Below are positions 12,001 to 25,356 of a DNA stretch of 64,000 nucleotides, one piece after another. The notes under the pieces were generated by a model. It did no database searches. It was not told the DNA's origin and worked only from the letters and a program-made list of their open reading frames with translations. Location of the stretch: NCBI GenBank assembly GCA_973895155.1, contig OZ316895.1, forward strand, positions 7,862,184 through 7,926,183, read 5' to 3'. The position numbers and the translations under genes are program-made. The DNA is from Marsupella aquatica (taxonomy: Eukaryota > Plantae > Marchantiophyta). Each line of letters opens with the position of its first letter. Within the stretch, counting starts at the first letter, position 1.

Positions 12001-15000
12001 TTGAGGTTTAATCCATTGTACTTTGTTTGGCTCTTTGTAGTATATTGGTCTTTTGTGAGCTCTTCGTATGATTTTGTGTACAATGCTGCCTTTGGGTTAT
12101 GTCTCCCAGTTTAGAGCTTCTTGTTCTTTGGCACTAATATATATAGTTTGACCCTAGTCATTTGATTTTGTGTACAGTGTGTAGTATTTTGTACTATTTA
12201 GACATCTATGATTGCCTGGACTTGAGCATGTTGTAACTCCACTAAAATGACTAAAAAGCATAGCCAAAATGGATAGTGTTAATTCTATGGAACCAGCCCA
12301 TGCGTGAATGTCTTCGGTTGCCTATCAAAGCAGCCAATCTGATGATGAAATTTCACAAATCTTGATAGCAAGTTATCTAACGACAGTCCAGAGAATATGT
12401 GTCAACGAGAAGAATATGCAGGTAAACGAATGAAATACCTCAACATTTTATATTAGTTTATCACCCAATATAACCCTATCAGTGCAATCTTACCGTGGCT
12501 TGTATACCAATCATAGATTATTTGCTCCCACTATTTATCTCACTTCATTCAGTCAATTATCTCCGGGCTTCTCTGTATATACTGTTGTGTATTCTTGTGT
12601 TTGTAGTTACTGTACTTCATTTTCAAAATCGCCAGATAGCAACAGCAGCAATCATTTTAAAGAGGGCTGTCAGATTTCAAATTGTATGAACTTTTTCGAC
12701 CTTACAACATATAGATAAAATATGACAAAACAATTCAAAGAATAAAGCTACTTCTTAAATTGTCCTTTGTGTTTTAACTTTGCTTCGTCAACTGAAGCAA
12801 CAAGGAAAACAAATTTTGAAGATGCTTTAAAGCATTACATAAGCTGGAAAATCATTTTGCATGTTGAGAACATTCTGAAAATTTTCCACTTTTCTTGTCA
12901 GGAAATTTAATTTGCTATTCTACTGTTGACTGTTATAAATTAGCAGGTTTGTGTACTATGTTGTTCATCTCCTATAAATGCATTTTGGATATGGGACTAA
13001 GGGCAGTCTTGCATGTAGTTGGCCCTCATTTTTGCTGCCCTAATATGAATGTCTTGCATCATATTATCATGCTGAAGCTCCTCATTAACCAGGTTTCACA
13101 GTAATTAAAGTTGAAACTGAAGGACAAAGACTGGAAAATTTCAAGCCCTTGAGGTCCCAACCTATGAAACTTGAATTAAACAAATTATCTCACTTCCCTT
13201 CAAGGTGCCTGGTCCAGGGGCATGAAGGTGCATCCTTCACAAGTTATCCCCAAAAAAGTTAGGGAAATTGAGGCTGCAAAACTAAGGGTTTACTACATGC
13301 AAGACATGGCCGCAAATTTGAGAGCCTCGTACATGCAAGACACTACCAAAGTGGCCTTCGGGAACGTGAGAGGAATGCAATTGAAGAATCTTCTTAAGAG
13401 TGAACTTTGGCAATGAGAAAATTATGGAGTGATTAGCCAAATTTCCATTGCTCACAAGTTCCACACTTTGAATAAGTCACAATACGAAAGGCGACCAGGG
13501 GAATATCATAATGGTGAACTCAATTCCGAGCTGCTCCAGAATAATGGCTCAGGGGACCAAGGACGCATACACATCATCCACATTCATCATAACTCTCCAT
13601 GCAAGGCAATGAAAGTTCTTATCGTCTTAGTCAAATCTGTCCACGACGACTTCCACCGCAATTTCCTTGAGACATTGATTTGTGTGATTCACGCTGCTAT
13701 CCCTTCGTTGGGCTTTTAATTTTAGGCAACTTGCCTGCAACGATTCATGATGAACGAATCGTACTTGTTTGCCCCTTGGCCTTTGGATCAGTGGATGAGG
13801 TCGAGTCCGATTTTGATGACTCCATGCAGACTGGTGGAGAAGGTAGCGTACAGTGTTAACTTAGTGTTACTATGGAAATAGCGTGACATTGTAAATACCA
13901 TAGTGCCATCCCAGATTGAACAGAGAATCTGTGTGAAATGTTTGATATTTTCATTTTCAAAAATTACTAGAGAGGATCTTACTATCCCATTTTAATTTTT
14001 TAAAATTTAAAACATAGTGTGCACTGAAAATGTACAAGATTCTTGAAATCTATGGCAAAATTATTTTTGGATTTTTAATTCTGGGTGAGACTTGGATCTA
14101 ATTTTGAGTATGTAAATTTTCAAATTCATGCCTTAGTGGAAAGATCCAAAGTCCAGATATTCAGCCATAGTTTACTCCACTCCCTTGCTAATTTCCATGA
14201 TAAGCATGACACTAATTGATACAGAGGTGGTGTTCATAAGATTATTTCTAGTGGGATTCAATTTTCGTGTTAATACCACTAAGCACCATCAACACTGTAG
14301 TGTGTATCTTCGTAGCATACTAAATAATTTCACGTTACTATAATTGCTTGTCCAATCTACAGCTGATTACACACTCTTTGGTAGAGGCTATACAACAGCA
14401 CTTCCTGAAGGGTTCCGGTGACACCAATTGAATCACTTGCAATATTCTTAAGAAGTAGTTAGTGTTGCCCGAAATAACGAAACAAATAAAAGTGTGAGTA
14501 AGAATATTTTTGGTGGGACTAATTTTTTTGCGCGATGCACAGCTAGTGCTAGTTCACCCTAACTACGCTAATGGTTATCCCCGCACATTACATATCGTAT
14601 TAACAGCTGATTACACAGAGGTCGGTAGGGCTATGTAACGCGACTTCCCGAAAGTTCTGGCGATCTGGCCATCGTGTCTGGGTCCTCCTCGGCGGCTCTC
14701 GCAGGTTCGGAGAAGCTGCGCTAAGGCCGTAGGGCTGTGGGCTGGCAAGGGGTCGCCCGGTCCAGCCCGGCCTAGCCCGATTGACTCTGCCCGGGCAGCC
14801 CGGCCGTGAAACTTCTCGCGGACATGCCAACGACAGTAAGTTCACGGACCTTCGTTTGTACGGCGTACGTCAAACAACTCCCCGGATGGCTCGAGATATC
14901 TAGTGTACGAGCTCCGTAGTACACGGAGTGCCATACTGTAGAGCATCGACCGATACCCGTTGTGTACAGTTGGGTTGGGTCAAGGATCAGTCTAAGCTCG

Positions 15001-16663
15001 ACATGTCAGGCCCGTGTCAGGACTGTTACTTGTCTGGGGCCCTAGATCCTGGCGGTGATTTTAGTTTTTTAAAGTTTTTTTTAGTTTGAAAAATAGCACT
15101 TTATTAGAGAGAAAAGTAGATCCCAGTAAAACAGGTAATAACAGGCCAGACCAGGATGAATGCACAACGCTGACAACTAACCAAAGCTTACTCACCAAGA
15201 ACAAACCAGCAATACACATCAAATATGTGGCCTGACTCAGTCCCAAGAACACGAGAGATATATATCCAGCAAACACTACGATCTGAACAAACTGGTCCAG
15301 AGCGTCCAGAAGGATTCAACATCTGCTAGCAAAGGAAAACAAACTAAACCCACCACACTTGTACACCCTTCATGATCACATTATGATCTGCAACTAGTTG
15401 CCGGGACTCATTTGCTATTAGGTGAAAGTGCTTGGGAAAGATACAAAGGAGGTTTACAAACGTTTCAGTGAATTGATTTTGATGTTGCTATATGGATTTC
15501 AGTATTTTGTCTTATTCAAACCTCTTTTGTTATGTATTTTTATTTACAAGGTGTATTCCTTGTATAGTTTAGGATTTGAATTTATTCTAGCACCTCTCTT
15601 AATGTTTTAATCTTTGCTATATTTAAGATAGTGCACCCCTTAACAAAGCTCCTGGAATTTCTAGCCCTTATTCTCATGATTGAAGAAAACATGATCTAAA
15701 TAAAGTGCACTCCTTGTGTCTTTAAGTTCTACTTGTGGTTTGTGTGTCCTAAATTTATGGTTTTAATTAATTTAAGTATCACTACCTCAGGTAAGTACAT
15801 AAGTATCTCTCCTGGTCTACATTATGTGCACAGCCCCTAATATCATAGATTTAAACTTTTCTTGTTCATTATTACCTTTCTTTACATGTGTATTGTTATT
15901 CTTGTATTTTATGTGCACAACTTTTCAATATCATAGAATATACGTCTTCCTAGTCAATGTCCTATTTATATTTGACACAAATAAGTTAGATAGTCTTTCT
16001 AGTCAATGTCCTGTTTATATTTGACACAAACAAATTAGATCACCGACATATCACTAACAAACAAAAACTGAAACATGTTCCACAATGAACATGGTATATT
16101 TACAAAATCTATCGTCTATTTGTGACCTCGCATAGATCTAACTCTCGTAATGTGAACCAAGTAGAACATATTTGCGGAAACTCGTCACTTGTGCCACCTC
16201 CCAAAATACAGGAGGAAACCCACCACCACGTTTGTAGGGGTAAGGCTCCAAATTGCCAAGCACAGGATGACATGCCTCGGCAGACAGAAATCGGCAAACT
16301 GGCGCACGCCGGTACAGGGTGAGGCTAATCATAGGTTCCCGGCGCTTAGGGGGCACGTGACCTGCTGCGTCGGTCTGCATGACAACCCCTTCGAAAATCT
16401 CAATGCTGCCATCTCATAGGAGATTCGGAATTTCCTCGATGGTATCCATCGTGGAGTCCATACTGTATACAGCACGTCGTCCCATACCGTACCTTATCGA
16501 GCCGTATGTGCAGCTGTATCAAAGGCTGCGGCCAGTGGTAAATAAATTTAGTAAATTAATGAACGACTTTGGTGTTTCTGTAAAGGTGGACCGTGGAAGG
16601 ATCCTGACAGCCACTTACAGTAGTATCGCCAGTCCATACAGCGCGTGTTCGAAAAGATGCTCT

Positions 16664-16765
16664 TAGACCCGGCCGACGGTCGAAGGCCAGGTTATCGAAC
16701 TAGTACTACTGGAGTAGACCCGGCCGACGGTCGAAGGCCAGGTTATCGAACTAGTACTACTGGAG
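16664..16765. repeat. Perfect 51-bp tandem duplication
   Basis: TAGACCCGGCCGACGGTCGAAGGCCAGGTTATCGAACTAGTACTACTGGAG at 16664-16714 and 16715-16765. Confidence 0.95.
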
Positions 16766-17548
16766 TATATCAGCAAAACATATGTTATTCTGTTTTGAGG
16801 GACTCAGAGCGGCGGAAAAAACTCCAAATACTATAATGTTTTGAGCAGCGCTTTTGGCATACCTTAGTGTTAGATGAGACCATCCAACGACGCAAACATG
16901 ACCTAAAGAATTGGAATAATCTATTTTCAAAAGTGACTTGATACAGCCTATCTATTTTGATGACGCACTTTCAGCAGCCGAATTTTAGTGACGTCACGAC
17001 TTGCTCAAAACTTGAGTGATAGATCTCTAGTAATGGGTAGCAGTGAGCTTCAGGAGAAGCCAACTCCTGGAAGTACATATCATATTCACTTACAAAGTCA
17101 GTTACTACACTAGATGTGTACCATAGCTCATCACCGTGTGTACTCATCACACTCTTGCACACTAGATGAGGACCATTATTGCCGTGATTTATTTTTTATC
17201 TCTTATTTTCACTCTCTAGGATTGTGGAGTTTGCATTTCCCCTCTTCCTTCGATTTGGGTTTGGTCCTTTCCAAACCTCTTTGGCGTTTACTCTATTGTA
17301 CTTGTCTTGCTTGTTAACGATCTCCATTTCAACTTGGATGAGTTTTTAAAATGGTTTTTATAAGGGGGGAGTTTCTTCTTTTAATTAATTTATGATATCC
17401 TAGGTCAAATTGTTGTTTCAATAGATTCTATATGCAATTATTATCCCCTAGCAAGGGAGAATGATCCTCTAAACTGATAGTTCCTTGTTTCAGACTAGCA
17501 CCTTTACTGAAAAAGAATAAATGATTCAGTTCAAGGCCGTAGAAGCTC

Positions 17549-19701
17549 TTTTCACATACATTTTGACATTCGTTGTGTAATTACCCTGCCATCCTTGTAG
17601 TGCATGATTCCCGGCATGATTACCCGCAGAAGTATATGAGGAAAGTGCAAATTACCAAAGAAATTTTACTGAACTTATTCGTGACATGCAACGGGGATGG
17701 ACCACAACAAAAACACTATTTTCTGCTAGTACTTATTACATGAATGAGTGTAGTACCCATTACATGAACGAGTGAAACGAAGCAAGAAATTGAGGCAGAC
17801 ATCATTGGAAATTTATGGATCTCTTAATTCTGTATGAAATTTGACCATATTAAGGTCATTTTGAAAAACCATTCCATTAATTAACAGCCAAAACTCAAGT
17901 TCCATTGAGAATGTCAAGGCCAATTGCTCAAAAAAACTTTGCAAAAAGTGCGGACAGTGAATGATGGACTAATATTCAGAAATTCTTAACTCTTTTGTTG
18001 AACGAAAGCTAAAGATACTAGGCTGACTGAATTTTCTTCCCATTTGCTTCCGATGAGCCCAAGAAAAGCCAACTTACTCCATTAGATATCAAGGGACAGA
18101 TTAAAGGTCAACCTGTCAAAACCTTTTGGAAATAAAAAGGATGTCAACCAGTGAACGTGTAAAAGCTGTCGGAGTCCACAAGGTTGCAGGCCCAATTGGC
18201 CCGAATTTGAGAGTAATATGCAATTCTAGGAAAATATAGTTAGTAAAACTGGACTAGTAAGCTTCAAGCATCTTTTCCTTTACACAAGGTGGAATGAAGG
18301 AAAACTTTCGGAGAATCTTCTCTTTCAGACAAGGTGAAATAAAGAAAAACTTAGCTCTGCATAAGAGTATCATTTTGAGTCACCGCAAGATTCCATTATT
18401 AGGCACGTAGGGCTGGCATTGCCTAGTTTAGGATTAACCATTGCTGTCATCTATGGCGACTGGGTTAAAACTTAATTGGGGAGGCATCTTGACAGTAATA
18501 AGTAGGTTATGGGTTAGAGGACAGTATGCAGGTCAGCCATAATCTCAAAACTTGAGGCTGCATGCAGATTAGCACGTACTTTCGTAATAAGTGCCTTGAA
18601 CACTCAGATTCTTGTATCACATGGACAAACTTGTGGAGGCCAATCCTCGACCGTGCCGCATGATGGACAAATTGTCACACAAGGGGAAACTTACTAGTCA
18701 GAACAACAGATCGCATCAGCCACCCGAATCATGAGATCAAGCCGCAGTAACGCGGGAATATTATGGTGACTGCCAGAGCAGAGCACCCGGGTAACGTGTC
18801 ATTCTTCAGCATTCCGTGGGGCTAGAAGCAAACCTTATTCTTGACAGCTTTCTGAGTACAGCAGCGCAGAAGTGCAGAAGTGATCCGATGCCACGAGGGA
18901 AGATAAAAATCAAGAGCTCCGGCCATTCACAGTGAACTGATTCTGGACAACGAGTGGCACACAAATCAAGATCTTCAAAACACGTTTCAAAATGAAGTGC
19001 TCATTTTGGAAACCAGTTGTAATCCGAAAGTCTACATATCTGTAGCCTCACTTTCCTTAGACTGTAGACTTGGGCTCTCTGCTGATCAAGAGTCAGCAGT
19101 ACTGTGAACATTGCCAGGGTTAAATCGTAAATGTGGAAGGATAGAACGCAGCACAATTATGTCGTGGGCTTTGTTGAGCCTTGGAATGCGTACTGTATGG
19201 CGGTCATGCGTCCTAGTGTCCTTCCTGACAGTCATGTCGGACTTCCCAAATTTTAATCCTTCATGCACAATTTACGTACTAATCACCCCAACTACCGCAC
19301 ACAAAAGCTCGAGTTGAAAGACAATTGCAGCCACTGTTGATTATCCACCCATAGTATCCCCTCGTGTCACCTAGGATAATTAGGTACGTGCGTACAAAAG
19401 TTCATTATTTTGTTAGTTTGCTTACTCTCAAAATGGAATGATCTTCGCAATCTTTTGTTGTCTTCCAGTTTGTTTGTTTGCTGCTAAAAGGAAATCTTCT
19501 GTCAGTTGAAGCCTAGCTGCGAACTACAGTCCCAGACCTGCAAATCTGGTTGGAATGCGGTAATGATTTCTTACTCCAACTCGATTCTGCTCACAATGTA
19601 TCCTCTGGAAACTTGCACTGCCTCAAAACCGTCTAAGGTGTAAGCATGCAGTACAATATCGCAGGGTAATTACACGAAGACTGTCAAAATTTATATGAAA
19701 A
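17549..19701. mobile_element. Possible old TIR (Mutator-like) element bounded by ~120-bp degenerate inverted repeats
   Basis: 17549-~17680 (TTTTCACATACATTTTGACATTCGTTGTGTAATTACCCTGC...) matches the reverse complement of ~19578-19701 (TTTTCATATAAATTTTGACAGTCTTCGTGTAATTACCCTGC...); no TSD or transposase recognised. Confidence 0.4.
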
Positions 19702-22462
19702 TTTCCCAAATTTCTTTTTTATGTATATATATGCTTGGCGTCTGAAAAAAGGTGTAAGTTTAGTTCATCCACATGTTTTGCTATGGGATTGTTATTGCAT
19801 AGAGTATTGAAATGTATAATTTAGCTATTTAATAAAAATCTAGAACTGAAAAACCATAGTGGATCATAAAAATGACACTTGGAATCTCGTCCAAGTTAAA
19901 ATGGAGACGCTTGTGGTTCTCTGAGACAAAATAGGACATCTATTATTGTTGTGAAATACTGGTCTTCGTCGGGCATCGTCGCACTGGCAATACTTGTTGA
20001 CAGGATCCGTCCACGGTCCACCTTTGTAGAAGCCCAAAGTCGTGGTTCCTCCCCTCGTAACATTATTTATAGTCGCAACCCTTGTGGCCGCAACGAATCC
20101 TTGAATGTTTGAAATTTTGTTCCTTTTCCTCTTTGTATTTCCTTGACGAATGCACCACATGGGTTCTTCGGCTAATTTTGTGGCTGGCTCGCATGCAGAC
20201 CCACGCGCTGACCCATTGCCCTGCATGCGCGTCCCAGCCTCCCTCCTAACTTACTACTATTCTGGCCTGCACCTCGATGGATACAGACATGGAGGTCAAC
20301 ATTTTCGAGTGCAGTCATTGATAGACATTCAAGCTATGTTATTTTTAGGTGCGTTTCATAAACGATGGTGGTAGGGGGTCATAATGGTGCAACTCATGGA
20401 AAAAGTATGGTTTGAAACTAGATGACCTTACCAGTGTTTCATTTGAATGTAGACTGAAGAGATTGCGATGCCCTTTCTTGTCATTTTGTGCTATCATATG
20501 TTAGAAGTTGATTGATCAGGAGGTGCTTTGCCTTTCGGATGGTGTTTGCTAAATAAAAAGGGAGTATTACCTTGACTTACCCCGTGCCTGGTGTCTTGTG
20601 GATTGGAGGAAGTCTACAAACCACTTACCGGCCGGGCTGCAGGGACGGAGGGAGGGGGTTGGAACTTGGAAACTTGAAATTTATACTTCATGAAGTATTT
20701 GATACCTCAATTTACAACTGCTGCCAGCACAATTTAAGTCCAGAAGAAAAACCTTTCCCAACAAGGAAAGCTGTCACATGAAAGCTCAGATTTTCTTTCC
20801 ACCCCCTTTTTGATGCTGGATGTGACTAGACGAGAATTCTGGTCATCGTTCTGGTGTATCTGGAAAATTGAAGATCCCTTTCCAGCACTGATGAATGATT
20901 TTTCATAGCTTCATTGAGATATACAGAGTCCCCATCTTTCAGTGTTAAGAGGAAAGTTGAATCTGGTATGTATGAGGTCGGGATCCTCCATCTCTCTGTC
21001 AAGCTTATTTACACAAGAAGTTTGAAGGCACAAGTAATTCTGAAGGTAGCCCTACTATCAAGTCCTCTTGATGGCATAGTCAAGAATATATCTAGAATCT
21101 TCTTGTCATTTCTGACGACAGCTTCTGTACGCATACGACGGTGAAATGGTCACCTAATCAGAATTTGTCCAAATCTTGGTCTGCAATAGGTGCATGTCAT
21201 GAAAAGCACAGTACAATGCTCGATTGAACCTGTCTCAACGAGGCGAAAGACTTATCATAATGTAGATTCTTAAAATTGGGCAATTGAGTTTCTCAATCTT
21301 TTTCAAGTCTATTTACATTAATGCAACATATATATCACCCTGACGAAGGATGGATGAAAGTGAGCTTGTCATACCACAGGTCAAAGTCCTGAGGGACGCA
21401 ACTCACACGCCAGGTCCACAAATTAGCCTGGATCGACCCAGACAGATGACCGAAAATTGGCAGATCCTCGAAAAGTGAAGGGGAATGATCCTAGTACTGT
21501 ACATCCATCTTATCGGCCCTTGAAGTGGCTGGTGAAAGCAATGATGAAAATTGCTAGATGTGACTGGTTCCTCCGTCCTTTTCATGTTTGACAGATGTTT
21601 TATTTCGTGTCCTTATCCTTCCTGTGACTTTTTGTTCGGCAAAGCTTGAACAGATGTCGGTGTGTGGGCGTTCTGCTGGTCAACTATACATCCGATCAAT
21701 GGGCTAAGTTGCTGCCGATCGCCGTAGGATTTCACTCTTCCAGGACTTTTTAGCTTCCTACCTTGCACGGCTCCTGACCGCTGGCTGCATACCTGCTCGT
21801 TAGACAGATCCAAACTTAATATTTTGCATTGTAAATTAAAAATACCTGGCCAAATTTGGCAATTGAAGCCATTTTTCTATTGTTGTGCAAAGATTTGTCA
21901 TCGAATTGCACAAGTTGAGGAGCAACTCAATGGATAGGTCTTTGATCGTAATAGTTTAATATCAATCATTAGAATTGTACACTTGCTGTACCAATGAATA
22001 GCCCAACGAACAGAGTTCACGAAGCTCGACATGTGACGGTTCCCTCTTGTCTCTAGGGTGATTACCTTCTTCAATTTCCGTGTAGTCAGGTCGATGTGTT
22101 TAGTCTACCTGAAGACATAATTAGGATCAGGAGAGAGGACTTCTGAGGACGCAAACACTCATCCTGGTTTTGAAATGCTAGTTTACAAATCAACGTTGAT
22201 CGAAACTTTGATTAAGCAATCGCTCGTGATACTTCATTTTGCTTTAAGAATACAAACATGTAATGATCAGTTCTCAACATTTGTAGCAGAACAATCGAAT
22301 AGGAGCCAAGAACCTGTTAATGCTTTGTCTGGAAAAATGATCGGGCAATGGGCCCGGGTTTAACTTACTGAATTGAAGGGTTCCGCTATATACAAGTACC
22401 TACTCAATACTGAAGCTATTAACACGGCACAAGGCTACACTTGACAATGCGTCACTACAACC

Positions 22463-23473
22463 TTATGGAGTCACCACTAGGGGCAAGCAAGTTCTCGTTC
22501 TGGGGTCCCACAAAGTGGGGAGCAGAAATCTGCTACCAGGAATGCCCACCGCATTGTACTCGGCCCCTGTTATCAAATCCTTCTTAAGCTCGCCCGGATA
22601 CCCAGCATAAGCGCCAACACCGAAACCAGAACAGGCGGTACCTGCTTCTAGGGGAATGGAGGCATCGCCCTGGTAGAATGCATTGTCGAAAGGATTGGAT
22701 GCCGTGCCTGCGAGCATGTAAGCAATCTGAATGATCATTCCGTCAGCACCGACATCTCCATTGGGTGGGAGTGGCAAGTTGGCATTGGCGGGCATGTACG
22801 AGGGCTGGGCAAAAGGCCATGCGCACAGTCCAGGGCACTGATCCTTTGGATTCCCAACCCAAGCATAAGGCAGCTGCAGACCTCCAGCGGTTGTCAATGG
22901 ACTGGTGGCCGAGTGAGACGAGCAGGAATTCATGCAGAAGTCCTGCACCTTGACGTCCGAGGCAGTGATGACGAAGTATATTGTCTCCGGATTGGAAGGG
23001 AATGTAGTGAGAGAGTTGAGCATGAGCGTCTCAACGTCGGTATCATTAAGGCTTTTCCCGAGAGAGTATGAAGTGTCGTTCAGCTCTCCTGCCAGCTCCA
23101 CGGCGCCAGCAACAGCTCCTCCAGCTGCATCCTTGAAGCCCGTAGTCACATTCCACCAGCGAGCAACATCCGTGACGGTTCCATTCTCCTCTTTGAACGA
23201 AGCAAAGAAGTTGCGCACTGCAACCTTGTCAGTCTCGTTGAAGTTCCCGTACCATATCACGTAGATGGGAATCACACCATTCGTCCCCGTCAACACGGGA
23301 CCATTGTGGTAATCTAGAATCACAGAAGGAGTGTCGACTAGAAACAGGAACCTCCGCGCCAACAATCCCAATGGAGCCGCCTCGAATGGACCGACACGGG
23401 CCGCCTCGGTGATCTGAGTGAAGCAGAGAGCGAAGAGCAGGCAGAGAGCATTGGCCTGAGTAGAGGCCTTCAT
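22463..23473 (-). CDS. EXORDIUM/PHI-1-like secreted protein (EXO copy 2), single exon
   Basis: Motifs LDYHNGPVL, IYVIWYGNF, VARWW, FCMNSCSSH, YAWVGNPKDQCPGLCAWPF, PPNGDVGADGMII, GAYAGYPGEL and RFLLPTLWDP; signal peptide MKASTQANALCLLFALCF. The track start at 23536 is TTG; the first ATG is at 23473. Confidence 0.95.
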   Translation of the reverse strand: MKASTQANALCLLFALCFTQITEAARVGPFEAAPLGLLARRFLFLVDTPSVILDYHNGPVLTGTNGVIPIYVIWYGNFNETDKVAVRNFFASFKEENGTVTDVARWWNVTTGFKDAAGGAVAGAVELAGELNDTSYSLGKSLNDTDVETLMLNSLTTFPSNPETIYFVITASDVKVQDFCMNSCSSHSATSPLTTAGGLQLPYAWVGNPKDQCPGLCAWPFAQPSYMPANANLPLPPNGDVGADGMIIQIAYMLAGTASNPFDNAFYQGDASIPLEAGTACSGFGVGAYAGYPGELKKDLITGAEYNAVGIPGSRFLLPTLWDPRTRTCLPLVVTP

Positions 23474-23919
23474 TTTCCCTATGTCACCAAGCAAGCTAGT
23501 ATTCAAATCTTCGAAACCTGCACGAAAGTATAGCAAGGCCCAACCTGAACTCAGATACAGTTGTGTAAGAGCTTCAAACCGGTAAGACGGTACCTAGAGA
23601 GTACACTAAGGTAGTGGAGAGAGGAGACGCAATGCAAGGTGATCAAGGTCGGTCCAACTCAATGAGTGAGGAAGCGGTGATGAACACTAGCCCCCAAAGG
23701 AAGAGTAGAATATGAGTGTAGTGAAGATGACATCGAGCTTGAGGGCTTATAAACAAGCAGTGGCTCTGGAACTCACTACAGTGCTGTACTCACTCGCTGC
23801 CCTTGATTTCATTGCACTCGCTCCAGACGAACCTGGAATGTCCTTTCAGATCTGTCATGTCACTGGAATCGATGATTGCCTGCTGTCACTGCGTTCTTGC
23901 TGTAGGAGTTGTTGTTGAG

Positions 23920-23995
23920 CTCGCTGGCTGGGCTGGCGAGCTGGCTGGCAGGCTCGGCAGGCTGGCAATCTGGCTGGCTGGCTCGACGGGTGGCT
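23920..23995. repeat. Degenerate (GCTG/GGCT)n low-complexity tract upstream of EXO copy 2
   Basis: GCTGGCTGGGCTGGCGAGCTGGCTGGCAGGCTCGGCAGGCTGGCAATCTGGCTGGCTGGCT. Confidence 0.75.
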
Positions 23996-25040
23996 GTACC
24001 AAGACAGAGCAATCAAATAATGATTGATCCTGCAGCGATCCGCGGGAAAGGAACGTTGGAAGATGGGAAGCAGCTCGGAAGGGAGCAGTCGGCACAACTG
24101 TGAGTTAGTTCGGACTTGCGAGGACTTTACGGCACCGTCTTACAGTACCAAACGCGCAGCCTAATTACTGCACAGCGACAAATCTGTAAATCTGATTCAG
24201 AAGGACCCGTCCCGAAATCCCATTTGGATTTACAATAATTGTTGCCGCCCGATGTTCGCCATGTCCATTTACTGTTCCACTTGCCGGTCTCCTTTGATTC
24301 TACTTTTCCATGGAGCTTCTTGTGAACTCGTTCTCTGTGTTATTCGATAAATCATTCACGATCGTTGCATCTGTTGCCAGACTCCTTTGAAAGCATGATT
24401 TTGAACAGCCATAAGCCATAAATGTGCAATTTCGTAACCTCTCGTAACTGCCCCAACAATGATGATTCCCTTCCGTTTGTTTACAATTTCTTCATCCCCA
24501 CAGGCATCGTCCTTCTGAGATTGATTTGAGGTAAGTCCATAGTCCATTCAATCTTAGAGGGCTTCGCCAAATACTGTCGACAATAGCTCTTAATTGGGAT
24601 TTAGGAGGGCTTCCAGTACAATCATCTGTTTCGGGCACATCAGAAATACACAACCAGATATATCTATTATTATAATAACAAATCCCCTCAATTTTAGTCC
24701 TTTGTCCTATTACAAAAATGAAAAAATAGAGAACAAAGTTAAACCATTAAATATTTTTTAGAATTATTTATGGCTCTTGGATTGCGCGAGATGAGAACTT
24801 AAAATTGACTGTAAATTATAGTACAAGGTAAATATGTAAATTACAGTACAAAATAGATAGATATAATATATCATAGAGTATTTACAGGTATTACTATAGT
24901 TATAGTTATTTTGTAGCTTGCGTAATATTTTTTGATATGGAGCATTAAAGTGTAAGTATATTATTTTATGGTCTATTACTTTAGAGTACATTTGACATGG
25001 GGCATGAAAATGAAAAGATTTACTTGAGATAATGGTTTTG

Positions 25041-25356
25041 TGTCTTGTATGGAAATGGTGAGGAAATACAATTAGACTCCCCCCATCCCAATGTGACAGT
25101 TTTTCTGTAGGGAACCCAGACCAGGGTGAGCCCCAACTGATCCGACAGGGACCGCACCAGGAAGGAGAGAGGATTAAATCAGGGCCACAAAGTGGACGAC
25201 CAGGGGCCGAGCAGATAATCAGAACTCCAATCCACTACCCACAAAACCCATCTCACCCACACACAAATACCCTCCACACCCCAGTGTGTGGAGGGGGGAT
25301 TAAACCTGGGACCTCTCAGTTCGAGGCAAATCCCCTAGCCAATTGACCTAAGCCAA
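25041..25356 (-). mobile_element. tRNA-derived SINE, 316 bp
   Basis: Perfect 17-bp TSD TTGAGATAATGGTTTTG (25024-25040 and 25357-25373). Minus-strand A-box-like TAGGTCAATTGG (25339-25350) and B-box-like GGTTTAATCC (25297-25306). GC-rich insert in AT-rich DNA. Confidence 0.85.

Noticed and set aside
25285-25356. Functional tRNA gene
   Set aside because: No acceptor stem can be formed, the B box is mutated and it lies within a TSD-flanked insert; it is a SINE head.
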